From Yuukianura sp. NJ FZ-2021 (Eukaryota), in assembly GCA_046563655.1 (NCBI GenBank), contig JAJCTO010000009.1, positions 930,001 through 994,000 on the forward strand: a stretch of 64,000 bases of DNA, given 5' to 3'. This document shows positions 29,201 through 39,997 of the stretch, one piece after another. The notes beneath the pieces were generated by a model. It was not told where the DNA came from, ran no database searches, and saw only the letters and a program-made list of their open reading frames with translations. Position 1 is the first letter of the stretch; every line of letters starts with the position of its first letter. Position numbers and translations under genes: made by a program.

Positions 29201-30215
29201 TAACCAGATTTAATTGCAATTTATCCACACCAATTAAACTTGGGTTCCAGTAGTACTTTTCAGAAGGATTTCAGAAAAGTAACTCCTTTTCACCCGGCAT
29301 CGCTCCGCGTGGAGGTTTTTTGAATGATTTGTCTTGAAACAAATTTTCATAAAAAAAGTCACGAGATGAGAGTAGTAATCTTGATTTAGCCCGTGAAGCA
29401 GGAGACGGGACTTTCCATCTCAGTTTTGGTAGCTGAAACATGCTTTTTTGGAGGGTGTGGTTTCATTGGGATTTTGGAGTTGAGGATTCTGTGGATGCAT
29501 CCCCCACACCCCTTTCCCACCATGATAGATTTCCACACACAAAAAATGAGACGGAGCTTTGTCTTTGTCGCTACTTTGTCAAAGGTTAGAAAATATTCTA
29601 TTTAAAAAACAAAGAAAGAATTTTGACATGATACATCTCCACACCAACCTAACGTTGCCTTTGTCGGTGTTTGTCCGCAAAGAATGGAAAATGTTTAATT
29701 TAAAAAAAAAACAGAATTTTGACCTAATGATACATTTCATACAGAAAAAGTTGAAATGACAATGTAATTTTTTAGGGAAAAAAAATTTGTTCTGGGTAAA
29801 CCGCTATTTTAAAAAAAAAATATGTATTATTTTTGAGGTAAGTGAAAAATATAAATAATCATTGTAAGTTGTATGACAGTTTACATTTTATGTATGTGTT
29901 TCTATGCTGGCTTTTGTCTGTTGTTGTAATGTGTGTGAAGAAAGGCGAGAATCTTCACATTAAAAATAATGGGTCTCCCATTAGTCTTGAAAAGTCAAAA
30001 ACAATGCATCTTGTGTCTTGACATACGATGTCAAAGTTGACACTTTGTGATCTAAGCATACGCTGCTATGGTTTAGAAAAAATAATGACATACTGCATCT
30101 GTGCAGTTTCTAAATGCTTGTAAGTGAGAAGCTAAGTAAAAACATATAGCAATAAAAAGTGTTGGGAATCCTAACTGAAAGATGTCTAGAATAAAAGTAT
30201 GATCAGTCTAGAAAA

Positions 30216-30751
30216 ATGGAAACCTTGTCTACATACCATAATTTTAGTTTAAAAAATTTTGAAACACGTTTTCCCAAGGGACATGAAGTCAACGTGTTTT
30301 TACAAAAAAACGTAAAAGTGTTTGTAAAAGAATCTGAAGACGGTGTAGCTGCAGATCTTATTCAAAGAACGCCAACGTTCGCCAGCATTCTTAAAAAGTA
30401 AGTTTTTTTCGAAATTCTAAGGTTAAGTATTTGTGTGAAAACTCAAAAGTTTTGGTTTTACTTATAATGTTTTCTGTTTGATTAAAATTGTTTAGCCCTC
30501 GACATATTAGGAAGCGAGTTCTTAAAATGATGACAGCAATGGGGTGGATTCAGGGTCAAGGAATTGGAGTGAGCGGGAATGGAAGCTGTATATGTTTATT
30601 ATGTTGTAGTTAGGTTGAGCTTATGCTGATATTTTAGTTCATATTTTGAATTTGTAAACAGCAGGTAGATGAGGACTTAAGAAATTTTCAAAACAGGAGG
30701 GGCTTTGGAGCCAAGAAGGAGGAACGTGTGGAATACTACAACTATAATTAG
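30216..30751 (+). CDS. Small spliced gene with a G-patch-like motif (exon structure partly uncertain)
   Basis: Exon 30216-30397 (donor GTAAGT) splices in frame to ..KRVLKMMTAMGWIQGQGIGVSGNG. A downstream segment reads ..NFQNRRGFGAKK. The second splice junction is unresolved. Confidence 0.55.
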
Positions 30752-31234
30752 TTTTTTTCTTCTAATTTGGTTTATATAAAATCCAAGTAGGTCTGGAATT
30801 CTATGTTAATAAATGTACAGTGTTGTTCAGCGAAAAGTAGACAACACAAAATTGTACAATGGTTTTAGTCGAACAAGCTCTGAAAAAAAAATTTCAGGAA
30901 TTATGTGAACTCTAGTTTGTTATTTTTTGTTTTTGTTAAATGTCAAATGAAAGAATTAGTTCCCCCCTTGTTTGTCTTTGTTCTAATCCATCTGTACTTA
31001 CAAGTTTGGATTTTTGTAAGATGTGGAAGAGAAGATGTGGATTTGGAAATGAAGTAATTATTATGAATGTGATCTCTTAACGGTTTTTTTGGAACATTGT
31101 CTTCTGAGTCTCTTTTCTTAACTTTGCATGTAAAGTGAACTACAATGATATTCCATAGGATTCTGGAATCTATAAATCCAATTCAGTTCAACAAGTTAAA
31201 CTTCAATTTAGTTTGAAGTTTTGAGCTAGTAGCA

Positions 31235-32933
31235 ATGCCCGTGGCAATTTGTTCTTTGTGTAACTACTCAATTGTGGACAATAACCCGGCTTTTGTCCAA
31301 GTTGAGGGGGCACATGCTACCGTTTGGGTAACTGAGTGTTACCACGTATTCCACTGGTAAGTTATATTCTTGTAATAAGCTTAATAGAAATTATGTTTTT
31401 ACAACAAAATAATAACAAGTAATATTTATATTTTTTTGCAGGCGATGTCTGATGAAAAAAATAGTTGCGGTCAACAACATTTTGAATGTTGACCGGGAAC
31501 ACCGAAGGTATTAAACTGAGATTGATTTGTACCAGATTAGGTTTATGTGTAATAAATTAAGTGGAGTTGATGAAATTTAAAAAAAAATTTAGCACACCAT
31601 GTCCGTTTCCGGCTCCTGCTCCATCATGCGGTGCCGCAATCTTATCTGTGGGTCACACCATCAACGGATTTCGGATAATGTTGAATTTTGGATATGGGGA
31701 CTATTTGGTGACGGGGTAAATACAAAAATAGGAATTATGTGTAATGTCACAATAATACATTTGTTGACTTCTTTTCTTTTAGTCAAGCTATGAATGCCGT
31801 GACTTCTGCAATGCACTTGACGTGCAGAAGAATTCAAGATCTAATGGCAAAGTTGGATGCGTAAGTTGAAGTCTGGTTACTATTACTCGTAAAAATTTAA
31901 ATTCAACAAATTTTTGTTGGGATATTAGGGAAAGCCAATTAGCTGAGATTACTCGTTTGAAAGCTGATTTGGTTAACTTAAATGGACAGCTTCAAGGGGC
32001 CCACGTTCAGGAGACTCACCTCCGAGAAGAAATTAAAACTGCAATTAGTACCAGGTTACTAAACAAAATTACATTTTCCCTAAATTCTATTAAAACTGTT
32101 GGAGAAAAGAGAATTGTATTTTGTAAATTTTTTAAGGGATGCTCGGATTCTGGAATTAACTAGAAAACACGAGTTGGAGCTTGTGACAATTAAAGCTACA
32201 TTTGCACGATTACTTCAATCAAGGTAAATCTTGCTTTAGTTCAATGCTCATTTTCATAAATTATTACATAACCTAAGGTGGAACTGATTAGTTGATTGAT
32301 TTTTGTTTTAGTAACCTAAGATCGAGTGTGCTGGCCAGTCTGATGAATCAGGGAAACTCTGGGGCAGAGCCGAAACCAACTGCGGCTGAGGCAACAGAAT
32401 TCGGACCAATCACGGTCCCACGTGCTGCTTCCCAGCCGCCATCCCCACCCCCGCCTCCCCTGACTGGTAGGATGATTCTACCTAAGTTGACAGCATGTCC
32501 AAATACGAGTGCTGCCCAAGCCGAGAGGCCACCAGAGCTCGCACAACTACTTACGCTGCCAAATTTGAGCGTACGTCCAGGTTTCAAGCCAGGAGCTTCT
32601 ACGTTCCCACCGATTTATAACAGTGTGAGTTTTGCACACGCTAATTGTGGTCCTAGAGTAAAAAGACCATGGGCTGAAGTCGGTGGGAAGGCTTGGATGT
32701 CCTCGCTTCGTAAGAAGCTGGGGGTGGGTGAGCCAAATTATGAAGCGACACGTCCACCTTCTGCTGCTGCTGGATCTGCTACGGTGGTTGAGAACACCGA
32801 TGATCAGGTTCAGGTTGGGGACGGGAACAAAGAGTTAGTTCCTATGATGTTTCGTTGTACTGACAAGGGTAAGGGAATCCCACCAATCCTAAATAGATAT
32901 GACGAGGGGAGGAGGAAGAGGAGGTTATGGTAA
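31235..32933 (+). CDS. 7-exon RING-H2 finger + coiled-coil + Pro-rich protein (putative E3 ubiquitin ligase)
   Basis: Manually spliced exons 31235-31356, 31442-31507, 31593-31715, 31783-31860, 31929-32054, 32137-32223 and 32312-32933, all GT-AG and in frame. Protein has CSLC...CYHVFHWRC...CPFPAPAPSC, then a heptad-like segment. Confidence 0.85.
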
Positions 32934-33128
32934 TTGATTTTTCAAAGCCACCAGAATAAGTAATTTTTTTTCTTAAATTCTGGGTCTCCTACACCTCATG
33001 TATTGTATAAAAAAAAAGTTGGAAAGAGAATAAATAGTGCTGCTTGTTCAGAATTTTGAACCAAATAAAATTTGTCTTTTTTTTCACTGATTTAGTTTAC
33101 ACTTTCTTTGAACTTTTGGAAAAGAAAA

Positions 33129-33557
33129 ATGAGTTTTGCAGATTTACCATTGGAGGTAGAGTTTTTTTTTTCTTTTAAAATAACAGAATCTAAGTTTTGA
33201 CAAGAAGATACGTTGATTTTTTGATATTTTGTTTGAAGGTATTTGAAGTTATTTTGTCATTTCTGGGAAATGACGACCATAAGACAATGAGGTCTGTTTC
33301 GAGAACATGTCAAGAGGCAATTGATTCTGTCGGGATGTGGACTATGTTTCATCCACATCCGTCCACGGTTGAGTTTTACAAAGACAGGAAAATCAAATTT
33401 CTGCAATTATCTTCAACTGCGGAGCCACTTTTACCACCATTGAAGTATCCGCATCTCGTCAAAAGCATTATGTTTTCAGGTCCAGTGAGCCACGACTGTA
33501 TCAGCGAAGCTTTAGAAAAATGTTCAATGGTAAATTCAGTTAAATTTTTATTTTTAA
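33129..33557 (+). pseudogene. 5' part of an F-box/LRR-like gene, interrupted by piggyBac
   Basis: MSFADLPLE|VFEVILSFLGNDDHKTMRSVSRTC is an F-box motif (intron 33156-33238). The frame runs to the TTAA at 33554-33557 and resumes at 49356. Confidence 0.85.
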
Positions 33558-33829
33558 CCTTTTGAGGCCTGTTGACGACTTTTGTCGCAAAAGTTTTGTT
33601 GTCTGGGAGCCGGTTGTCGACTTTAGTTGCAAAATTTTTCAACCTTGACAACCGGCAGACGACTTTTGTAGAAAGTTTGTTTGCTACTCAGGGCCTGTAG
33701 ACGACTTTTGTCGTTTTTTTTTGCAAGACGTTGGGGACGGTTGACGACTATAGTCGTCAGAAGTTTTCTATTTTCCTCAAATCTTTTTGTGTGATTCATT
33801 CACAGTGATTTTTTTTTTGAGGGAAGGCG

Positions 33830-34377
33830 TGAGGGGTTGCAATGCCCCGACGACTGGCACACTGGCCACTCGAACAATAAAGTGGGATGGTGGGACACAC
33901 ACACACGGCTACAAATGATCAATTGATTTATTAGGACTAATTAGATACAGTTACGGTCTGATTTGGCCAAATGTAGAGTCGTTGTGTTGGTGGGGCGTTG
34001 GTCCAGTGCAGCATCAACCAGGTAATGTCCGGTGGGGCTTGTAGAGGTCAACCTTGGGTCACAATTGTAGATCCGGCGTGGTCCAGTGGCCTATCCAAGA
34101 TGGAGGAGACGTGGAGAGAGAGACGGGACAAGATCCGGGCAGAGTGACGGTTGGAGTTGGACTGTGTGGAGGAAGAAGTGGACAGTGGTGATGATGATGA
34201 TGACGGGATGCGTGTCCAAGTAGATGGATGATGCAACTTCCCGTGCATCTGATTGGTTCTCTGGTGGTTTTGGTGGTGAGGAAGCGGAGGGAAGTTGTTG
34301 TGCTGCTGCTGGAAGGACGAAGGGGGAGAAGAGGGGAGAGGGAACCAAAAGTGGCTATAGTGGGAATAACCCCCACA
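33830..34377 (-). repeat. 3' LTR of the Gypsy element
   Basis: Direct repeat of 44464-45011; only one mismatch seen by eye (GCAGCATC vs GCAGGATC). Minus-strand AATAAA near 33930. Confidence 0.97.
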
Positions 34378-34429
34378 GGTCCCCAACGACCTGGAGACGT
34401 CCCGGCGACATTTGAAGGCGACGTGGGGG

Positions 34430-35650
34430 TTATTTCGGTGGAGCTGGAGGATCACGGCGTTTTGGGGAATTCTTCCTTGGCGGAGGTGGAGCATTGGCCG
34501 AGTTCAATGCCCACCACCGAGCACGTCTCTGCTGCCGATTCGGAGCTGGTGGATTTGGTGGGACAGGGGGAAAACGTCCTTGTACAGGAGCTGGGGGAGC
34601 TGAGGAAGCTGAAGCTGCTGGAGCTGAAACTACTGGAGCTGGAACTCCTGGAGCTGGGGTTAAATTTGAAGTTGGTGGGGAGTTGAAAGTGAAAGTAACC
34701 GAGGTTGCTGAATTTGGGAGAAGAGTGTAGTATGGGAAGTATCCAGGGGGAATTGATGAAAATGGGAATTGTGAAGTTGCAGAAGTGACAGGAACGGTAA
34801 TTGAAGTTGAAGTGGACGGAATTGGTGAAGCTGAAGAAGTGGCTGGAGAAACTGGACGTGAATTTGGAGAAAGTGGCCGAATTTGGGGAGAAGCTGAGCG
34901 ATTTCGGGGTGGAGCTGGACGAGCGTTGTACGGAGAAGGCCGATTGGAACGAAATTGAGCTCGAACAGGGGGAACAGATTTTGACGAAGTGCTGGGTTCT
35001 GGATTTTGGGGGTTTTGAGGGGTTCGTGGGGACAACGAAACATTTGACATTTTGCGTGTCAAAGCTGTAGGGGAGCTGGATCGCGAACGACCAACTGGGG
35101 GGAGTTTTGGGGGTCCATTTGGAAACTGCAAATCCAGAAGCGAAGGAATCTTCGCAGATCCAAGCCGCTGAGCCTGCAGTTTGGATTTTGGGGCTGGGTC
35201 ACGAGGACGACGAAACGTGGCAGAATCTTGGGACTTGGGGGGAACAACCACGACGACCGAAGCAAGTCTTGGGCGTGGCGCTGGAGGAGGAGCCGAAACC
35301 ATGTCCTGGAGTGACTTTTGGGGGGAATTCGGTTGGAAGCTGCTAGAGCTGGGGGAAAACAACTGCCGATTGAGCTTGTCCGGAGATTTTGGAGGGGAAG
35401 CAGCAGCAAGGGGCATGTCCCAGTCGTCATCGGGAATCCGAGCAATGGCGGGCGTAGAAATTGGAGCAGCAATGACGGTAGGAGACGGAGACGACGAAGA
35501 TGACGAAGATGAAGAAGACCGAGAACGAACATCATCAATCGGAGGCGGGGAGTTCAAAAGGTCATCTTCTGCAGCCAAATCGATCTCGGCAATGCCCTCA
35601 GAAGCGTCATCTCCTTCTTCCATCATGTCATCATCGTGAGGGGGGTCCAT
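34430..35650 (-). CDS. Gypsy third ORF in the env position, 406 aa, disordered Ser/Pro-rich, not env-like
   Basis: Intact ATG ORF between pol and the 3' LTR. Acidic N-terminus, basic C-terminus, no signal peptide or TM segment. The ATG directly follows a TTTTTATATATTTTTAG acceptor. Confidence 0.75.
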   Translation of the reverse strand: MDPPHDDDMMEEGDDASEGIAEIDLAAEDDLLNSPPPIDDVRSRSSSSSSSSSSPSPTVIAAPISTPAIARIPDDDWDMPLAAASPPKSPDKLNRQLFSPSSSSFQPNSPQKSLQDMVSAPPPAPRPRLASVVVVVPPKSQDSATFRRPRDPAPKSKLQAQRLGSAKIPSLLDLQFPNGPPKLPPVGRSRSSSPTALTRKMSNVSLSPRTPQNPQNPEPSTSSKSVPPVRAQFRSNRPSPYNARPAPPRNRSASPQIRPLSPNSRPVSPATSSASPIPSTSTSITVPVTSATSQFPFSSIPPGYFPYYTLLPNSATSVTFTFNSPPTSNLTPAPGVPAPVVSAPAASASSAPPAPVQGRFPPVPPNPPAPNRQQRRARWWALNSANAPPPPRKNSPKRRDPPAPPK

Positions 35651-35694
35651 CTAAAAATATATAAAAAGAGCAGCATCAGTATTTAATTACTGAG

Positions 35695-38604
35695 TCAGCG
35701 CTTCTTTGGCTTCGCAAGGCGGGAAATGCAAGACAGAGCTTTAGTGTAAGCCGCGCGTTTCGGACGACTAGAAATCGGGGTTTTTACGCTGGCAGGGGCG
35801 CAAAATACGGGGATTTCACTCGCAACGGGATGCAGGGTATCCTGGGCGGGTAAAATTGGTGGAATTAGGATTTCTGGGTCACGGCTTTGGTTTTGGTCAT
35901 TTAAGTCAACATTAGGGGGGTCAGAATTTTGGTTTGACGCTACGGGAAGCGTAAGAGGGCCATTTTGCTCAGTTGGAATTGGCAATTTTGGTAAGTTAGA
36001 GGGCAAATCAGGGTCAACAACTGGAGGGGGGACAAAATCGTTATCAGACGACTCAGAGGAGCTACTGTCTGCATCAGACCTGTCATAAACACGCTGATTG
36101 TAGGGTTTAAGGCGCTGAACGTTCACGACAGTCTCGTGAGGCTGCCGAGGGGGAACAGAAGTAATTCGAACAGTGCCGTTATGGAGGACGTCTATGACTT
36201 TGTAAGGGCCAATCCATTTCTTCGTAAATTTGCCGACACGACCTTTTTTCCGCTGAAAGTTCCTGAGCAGAACTTTCATACCAACAACGTAAGTCGGGAA
36301 ACGGATCTGTAACTGGGCTCGAACTCTGAGAAGCTGCTGCTCACGGGACAGTTCGTGGGCTAAGTTATTCGCAACAAATAATCGGTCAAGGGCATCGTCA
36401 GGCTCTAAATATTGCTGGTGAAGGGGAAACAGCCTATCTACCGGCAAAACCGGCTCCCTACCAAAGACCAGAAAATAAGGAGAAAAATTAGTGACACGAT
36501 GTACTGAACAATTAATGGAAAATACCGCCCTGGGGAGATGTAGATCCCAATCCTTGTGGTTTTCACTTACGAATTTGGCGATTACTGACTTTACCGTGCC
36601 GTTATGTCTTTCACAGACGCCGTTAGACTTGGGATGATAGGAAGTCGTGGATCTGTGCTCAATGGCGTGGAGGGAAAGGAAATCTTCAAATTCGTCGGAA
36701 AGGAAAACCGTACCACGGTCTGACAGAATGATTTTGGGAATGCCGTGGCGAAACAGGACGTGTTTGTTAAGTACTTTGATCGCTTGAGCAGAATCTGCTG
36801 CGGGAACTGGCCAGGCTTCTACGTAACGGGTATGGAGATTAATTACTGTCAGAATGTACTTGTTACGTCTTGCTGTAACTGGGAATGGGCCTAAGTAGTC
36901 TAGGGCAATGGTGTGGAATGGAATGGCGGGAACGTCAAGACCAGCGCTATTTGGCGGGAGAGCAAAATTCCGTCTATTATGGATCTGACACAAGTGGCAC
37001 GACGTGACAAATTTCACCACATCGCGATACATCCGGGGCCAATAAAACCTGGATCGTAGAAGATGCCAAGACTTGTGTAAGCCGAGGTGGCTAAGGGAGT
37101 CGTTATGTACGGATTCCATTGACGATTTTCGTAGGGATTTCGGGAGACAAAGACGCCAGAGATTGCCAAATTCCGAGTAGTTCATCCGGTACAAAATTCC
37201 ATCTCGCAGACTGTATTCTCGCAATTTCTTGGGTTCAGGCAAATTATGGGAAGCACCAGCTTGTTCTGCTTTCAAATACTCAATTACAGGAAGCCATTCT
37301 GGCTCTTTAAGCTGAAGATCTTTCAGTTTTGCATCTCTAACACTTCGTGGGGATTCCGGGGAAACCGCTAAGGCCAAAAGATGATGTTCAATGGCCAAAT
37401 GGTCTGTGTCAGAGGGGGCTGGGTCAACTGGGTTACGGGAAAGGGGATCAGCATCGGTGTGAACACGACCACTCTTATGAACCACAGTAAAATCATAAGG
37501 TTGGAGGGCTAAAGACCAACGGGAAATTTGGCCATAGGGGTCTTTAAATTTTAGCATGTCACAAAGAGAATGGTGGTCAGTGACAACTTTAAAATGACGG
37601 CCGTATAAATACGGTCGAAATTTTTCCACAGCCCAAACAAAAGCCTTCATTTCCAATTGGGGGGTTCCAAATTTGGATTCGGAGGGGGAAACCGCTCTAG
37701 AAGCATACGCTACCACTCTCTCTTTTCCGTCCTGAATTTGGCAAAGGGTCGCTCCAAAACCGAGCCCAGACGCATCACAATGCACGGACGTTTCGGCTTC
37801 TTCATCGGGGAACGCAAGGACAGGGGGAGATGTTAATTTGTCTTTAAGCGTCTGAAACGCTGTTTCGGCTTCCGGGGTCCAATGGAACGGGGTACCACGC
37901 TTCCCAGCAACAATAAGATGTAGTGGACGGGCAATTTCTGCAAAACCCTCGATAAATCGGCGATAGTAACTGCAAAGACCAATGAAGGAACAGACACCTC
38001 GAACAGTCGTGGGAACGGGGAATTCACGAACTGCTTTTGTTTTGTTGGGGTCAACTGCAATACCATCTCTGGAAACAATATGGCCAAGGAATTTCAGGGA
38101 ATCTTCGCCAAAGTTACACTTTTTGGGTTTAAGACTGAGACCAGCTCGTCTAAGGGCACAAAAAATTTGGGCTAAGTGATCCAAATGCTCTTCAAAAGTT
38201 CGGGAGTAGCAAACCACATCGTCTAAATAAACGAGTGCTATGGACCACTTTAAACGACCTAAGACATTGTCAATTAGGCGTTGCCACGTCGCTGGAGCAT
38301 TTGTTAGACCAAAGGGCATTACAACGAACTCATATTGTCCGTCGGGGGTAACAAAACTGGTCTTTTCTCGGTCCTCAGGTTCTACCTCAACCTGGTAATA
38401 CGCTTGATCACAATCCATGGAGGAAAAATACTTGGCGCCATTAAGTCTGTCTAGGGTATCATCAATTCGGGGGAGGGGGTAAGAATCTTTCCGAGTCACT
38501 GCGTTGACTTTACGAAAGTCAACACAAAACCGCCAACTTTCGGTCGGGCTTTTTGACCAGAAGGACTGGGGAACACCAAGGGCTATCGCTCGGAGTAATA
38601 GCAT
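35695..38604 (-). CDS. pol: Pol: reverse transcriptase, RNase H, integrase
   Basis: WRFCVDFRKVN, MPFGLTNAP, YLDD; HCDASG...TDH; H-H-C-C zinc finger, DYLGP, SDRG, NGVCERHNG, WIGPYKV. Confidence 0.97.
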   Translation of the reverse strand: MLLLRAIALGVPQSFWSKSPTESWRFCVDFRKVNAVTRKDSYPLPRIDDTLDRLNGAKYFSSMDCDQAYYQVEVEPEDREKTSFVTPDGQYEFVVMPFGLTNAPATWQRLIDNVLGRLKWSIALVYLDDVVCYSRTFEEHLDHLAQIFCALRRAGLSLKPKKCNFGEDSLKFLGHIVSRDGIAVDPNKTKAVREFPVPTTVRGVCSFIGLCSYYRRFIEGFAEIARPLHLIVAGKRGTPFHWTPEAETAFQTLKDKLTSPPVLAFPDEEAETSVHCDASGLGFGATLCQIQDGKERVVAYASRAVSPSESKFGTPQLEMKAFVWAVEKFRPYLYGRHFKVVTDHHSLCDMLKFKDPYGQISRWSLALQPYDFTVVHKSGRVHTDADPLSRNPVDPAPSDTDHLAIEHHLLALAVSPESPRSVRDAKLKDLQLKEPEWLPVIEYLKAEQAGASHNLPEPKKLREYSLRDGILYRMNYSEFGNLWRLCLPKSLRKSSMESVHNDSLSHLGLHKSWHLLRSRFYWPRMYRDVVKFVTSCHLCQIHNRRNFALPPNSAGLDVPAIPFHTIALDYLGPFPVTARRNKYILTVINLHTRYVEAWPVPAADSAQAIKVLNKHVLFRHGIPKIILSDRGTVFLSDEFEDFLSLHAIEHRSTTSYHPKSNGVCERHNGTVKSVIAKFVSENHKDWDLHLPRAVFSINCSVHRVTNFSPYFLVFGREPVLPVDRLFPLHQQYLEPDDALDRLFVANNLAHELSREQQLLRVRAQLQIRFPTYVVGMKVLLRNFQRKKGRVGKFTKKWIGPYKVIDVLHNGTVRITSVPPRQPHETVVNVQRLKPYNQRVYDRSDADSSSSESSDNDFVPPPVVDPDLPSNLPKLPIPTEQNGPLTLPVASNQNSDPPNVDLNDQNQSRDPEILIPPILPAQDTLHPVASEIPVFCAPASVKTPISSRPKRAAYTKALSCISRLAKPKKR

Positions 38605-39997
38605 TGAGATTCAAAAGACGCTCGACTTGGTTTTGAATTTCCCTCCGCTCAGTAAATCCAGTTCTGTGGGGATGGGAAGCAATCGGTTTAGCAGAACCTG
38701 TGTCGATTTTGTGGGTGGTTAGGTGAGTACGGCCAAGGGTAGCGGGATCAAAATTGAAAACATCCAAATTCGCTACAAGAAAATCTTGCATGATTTGGCG
38801 CTGTTCAGGGGTTAGGGAATTTGAAATTTGGAACGCCTCGATCCTCTTTTGCAGTTTCAGGGTTGCTATTTCAGCGTCATCATTAACCGAAAGTCCTAAG
38901 ATCTCGTGCGCTGGGAGGGAAGATTGGGAGGATTTAGAGCTAACATGGTCGAATTCATCAAGGTCACAGAGTACCGAAGACTCTGCGAAGGGTTCGAAGG
39001 TGCCAATAGAGACATTTTGAAGAAGTTTCACAGGCCGGTCACTCAAATTCCACAAGAACGTAACTCCACAGCCATCTTTAAGCGTAGAAATGGAATTCCC
39101 AATGGCAATATGCTTTGCGTGTTGGAGCTCACGACGAGGGGAAACCAAAATGTCACCTGTGAAAGGTAAATCAGTTTTTACACTGACTCGCTTCATTGTT
39201 CTTGGGTTGATGACAATTGACCTGGCCAGTCTCAGGCACGGAGCGGGAGTAGAATTTTGAGATAAATTCGAATTGCTCACGAAGGACGCTTCGGAGTCAA
39301 GTAGGGAAGGGGAAGTTGAAGTATTTTGGGACTGGGATGAATTCAAAGCCATGTCATTAGCTAGAGTATTTGGAATTTTGGGAATGGCCGTACATTTAGG
39401 AGGGATCGACTCTGGTTCTGCTTCCGAAGACTTTGGAATACTGGGGCTATCAGAAACTTCTTCAGTTTCTGACAAAGTTAATTTGTTAAGGACAGGGACT
39501 TGGGATTTTGGAATACAAACATACTCATTTCTGAGGTCTGTACACGGGAGTTCACCTTTTACAAGGCGCTCATTCGCGGGATCCAAAAGAAAATGTTGGG
39601 AACGGAGGAAATCTGAGCCCAAAACGATCTCATTTGAAAGATGCTGGAAAATGTAAAATGGGTATTGGAAGGAGACGCCAGCAATTGAGAAAGTGATCAT
39701 TGTAGTTTGGGGGGAACCACAACGAACGTAAGAACCAAAAGAAAGTTTGACACGAACAGGTTGAACATCAACCGCTTGGGAAACAATATTTGGGAATCTC
39801 CTTAGAAAATCAGGGTGGACACAACAAAGAGAAGCACCTGTATCGCACAGGACTCGAAGAGTCGTAGAACCAAAGACAACATCGGTATGGAAAGTGGAGG
39901 GGGGTGGAGTCAATTCCAGAAATGAACTTTGCAGCTGAGATTCCCGAAGGAAACTCGGAATCATGACTTGGGGACTTGGGTGGGGGTTCAAAATCAA
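38519..39997 (-). CDS. pol: Pol N-terminal part: aspartic protease, spacer, start of RT (frameshifted on both sides)
   Basis: LCDTGAS active site and IVLGSDFL. SDSPWCSPVLLVKKPD joins the next ORF after a 1-nt insertion near 38540. Confidence 0.92.
   Translation of the reverse strand: MILNPHPSPQVMIPSFLRESQLQSSFLELTPPPSTFHTDVVFGSTTLRVLCDTGASLCCVHPDFLRRFPNIVSQAVDVQPVRVKLSFGSYVRCGSPQTTMITFSIAGVSFQYPFYIFQHLSNEIVLGSDFLRSQHFLLDPANERLVKGELPCTDLRNEYVCIPKSQVPVLNKLTLSETEEVSDSPSIPKSSEAEPESIPPKCTAIPKIPNTLANDMALNSSQSQNTSTSPSLLDSEASFVSNSNLSQNSTPAPCLRLARSIVINPRTMKRVSVKTDLPFTGDILVSPRRELQHAKHIAIGNSISTLKDGCGVTFLWNLSDRPVKLLQNVSIGTFEPFAESSVLCDLDEFDHVSSKSSQSSLPAHEILGLSVNDDAEIATLKLQKRIEAFQISNSLTPEQRQIMQDFLVANLDVFNFDPATLGRTHLTTHKIDTGSAKPIASHPHRTGFTERREIQNQVERLLNLNAITPSDSPWCSPVLLVKKPDRKLAVLC

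Larger units (their letters stand above)
1..29370. repeat. Tandem satellite array, 543-544 bp monomer, about 54 copies, running off the left edge
   Basis: AACCCAAGATAAAATCTGAG recurs at 1 and 545, and the ORF track repeats every 543-544 bp. Each monomer has three GGGTTCCTGTAG cores (96, 248, 403, then 640), spaced 152/155/237 bp. Confidence 0.99.

Noticed and set aside
3184..29253. The 60-88 aa plus-strand ORF as a functional integrase
   Set aside because: It covers only a small decayed fragment, starts at TTG and is open in a minority of monomers.
1..29370. CRISPR-like array
   Set aside because: The sequence between the conserved cores is itself repeated rather than unique, there are no cas genes, and the context is eukaryotic.
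30085..30300. THAP zinc finger at the start of the G-patch-like gene
   Set aside because: MTYCICAVSKC and FPK are suggestive, but the conserved Trp and CxxH were not found.
34048..34494. His/Ser-rich ORFs in the LTRs (also 44682-45032)
   Set aside because: Low-complexity LTR sequence open in several frames, with no coding signature.
34430..35650. ORF3 as a retroviral env
   Set aside because: No signal peptide, fusion-peptide pattern or transmembrane anchor.
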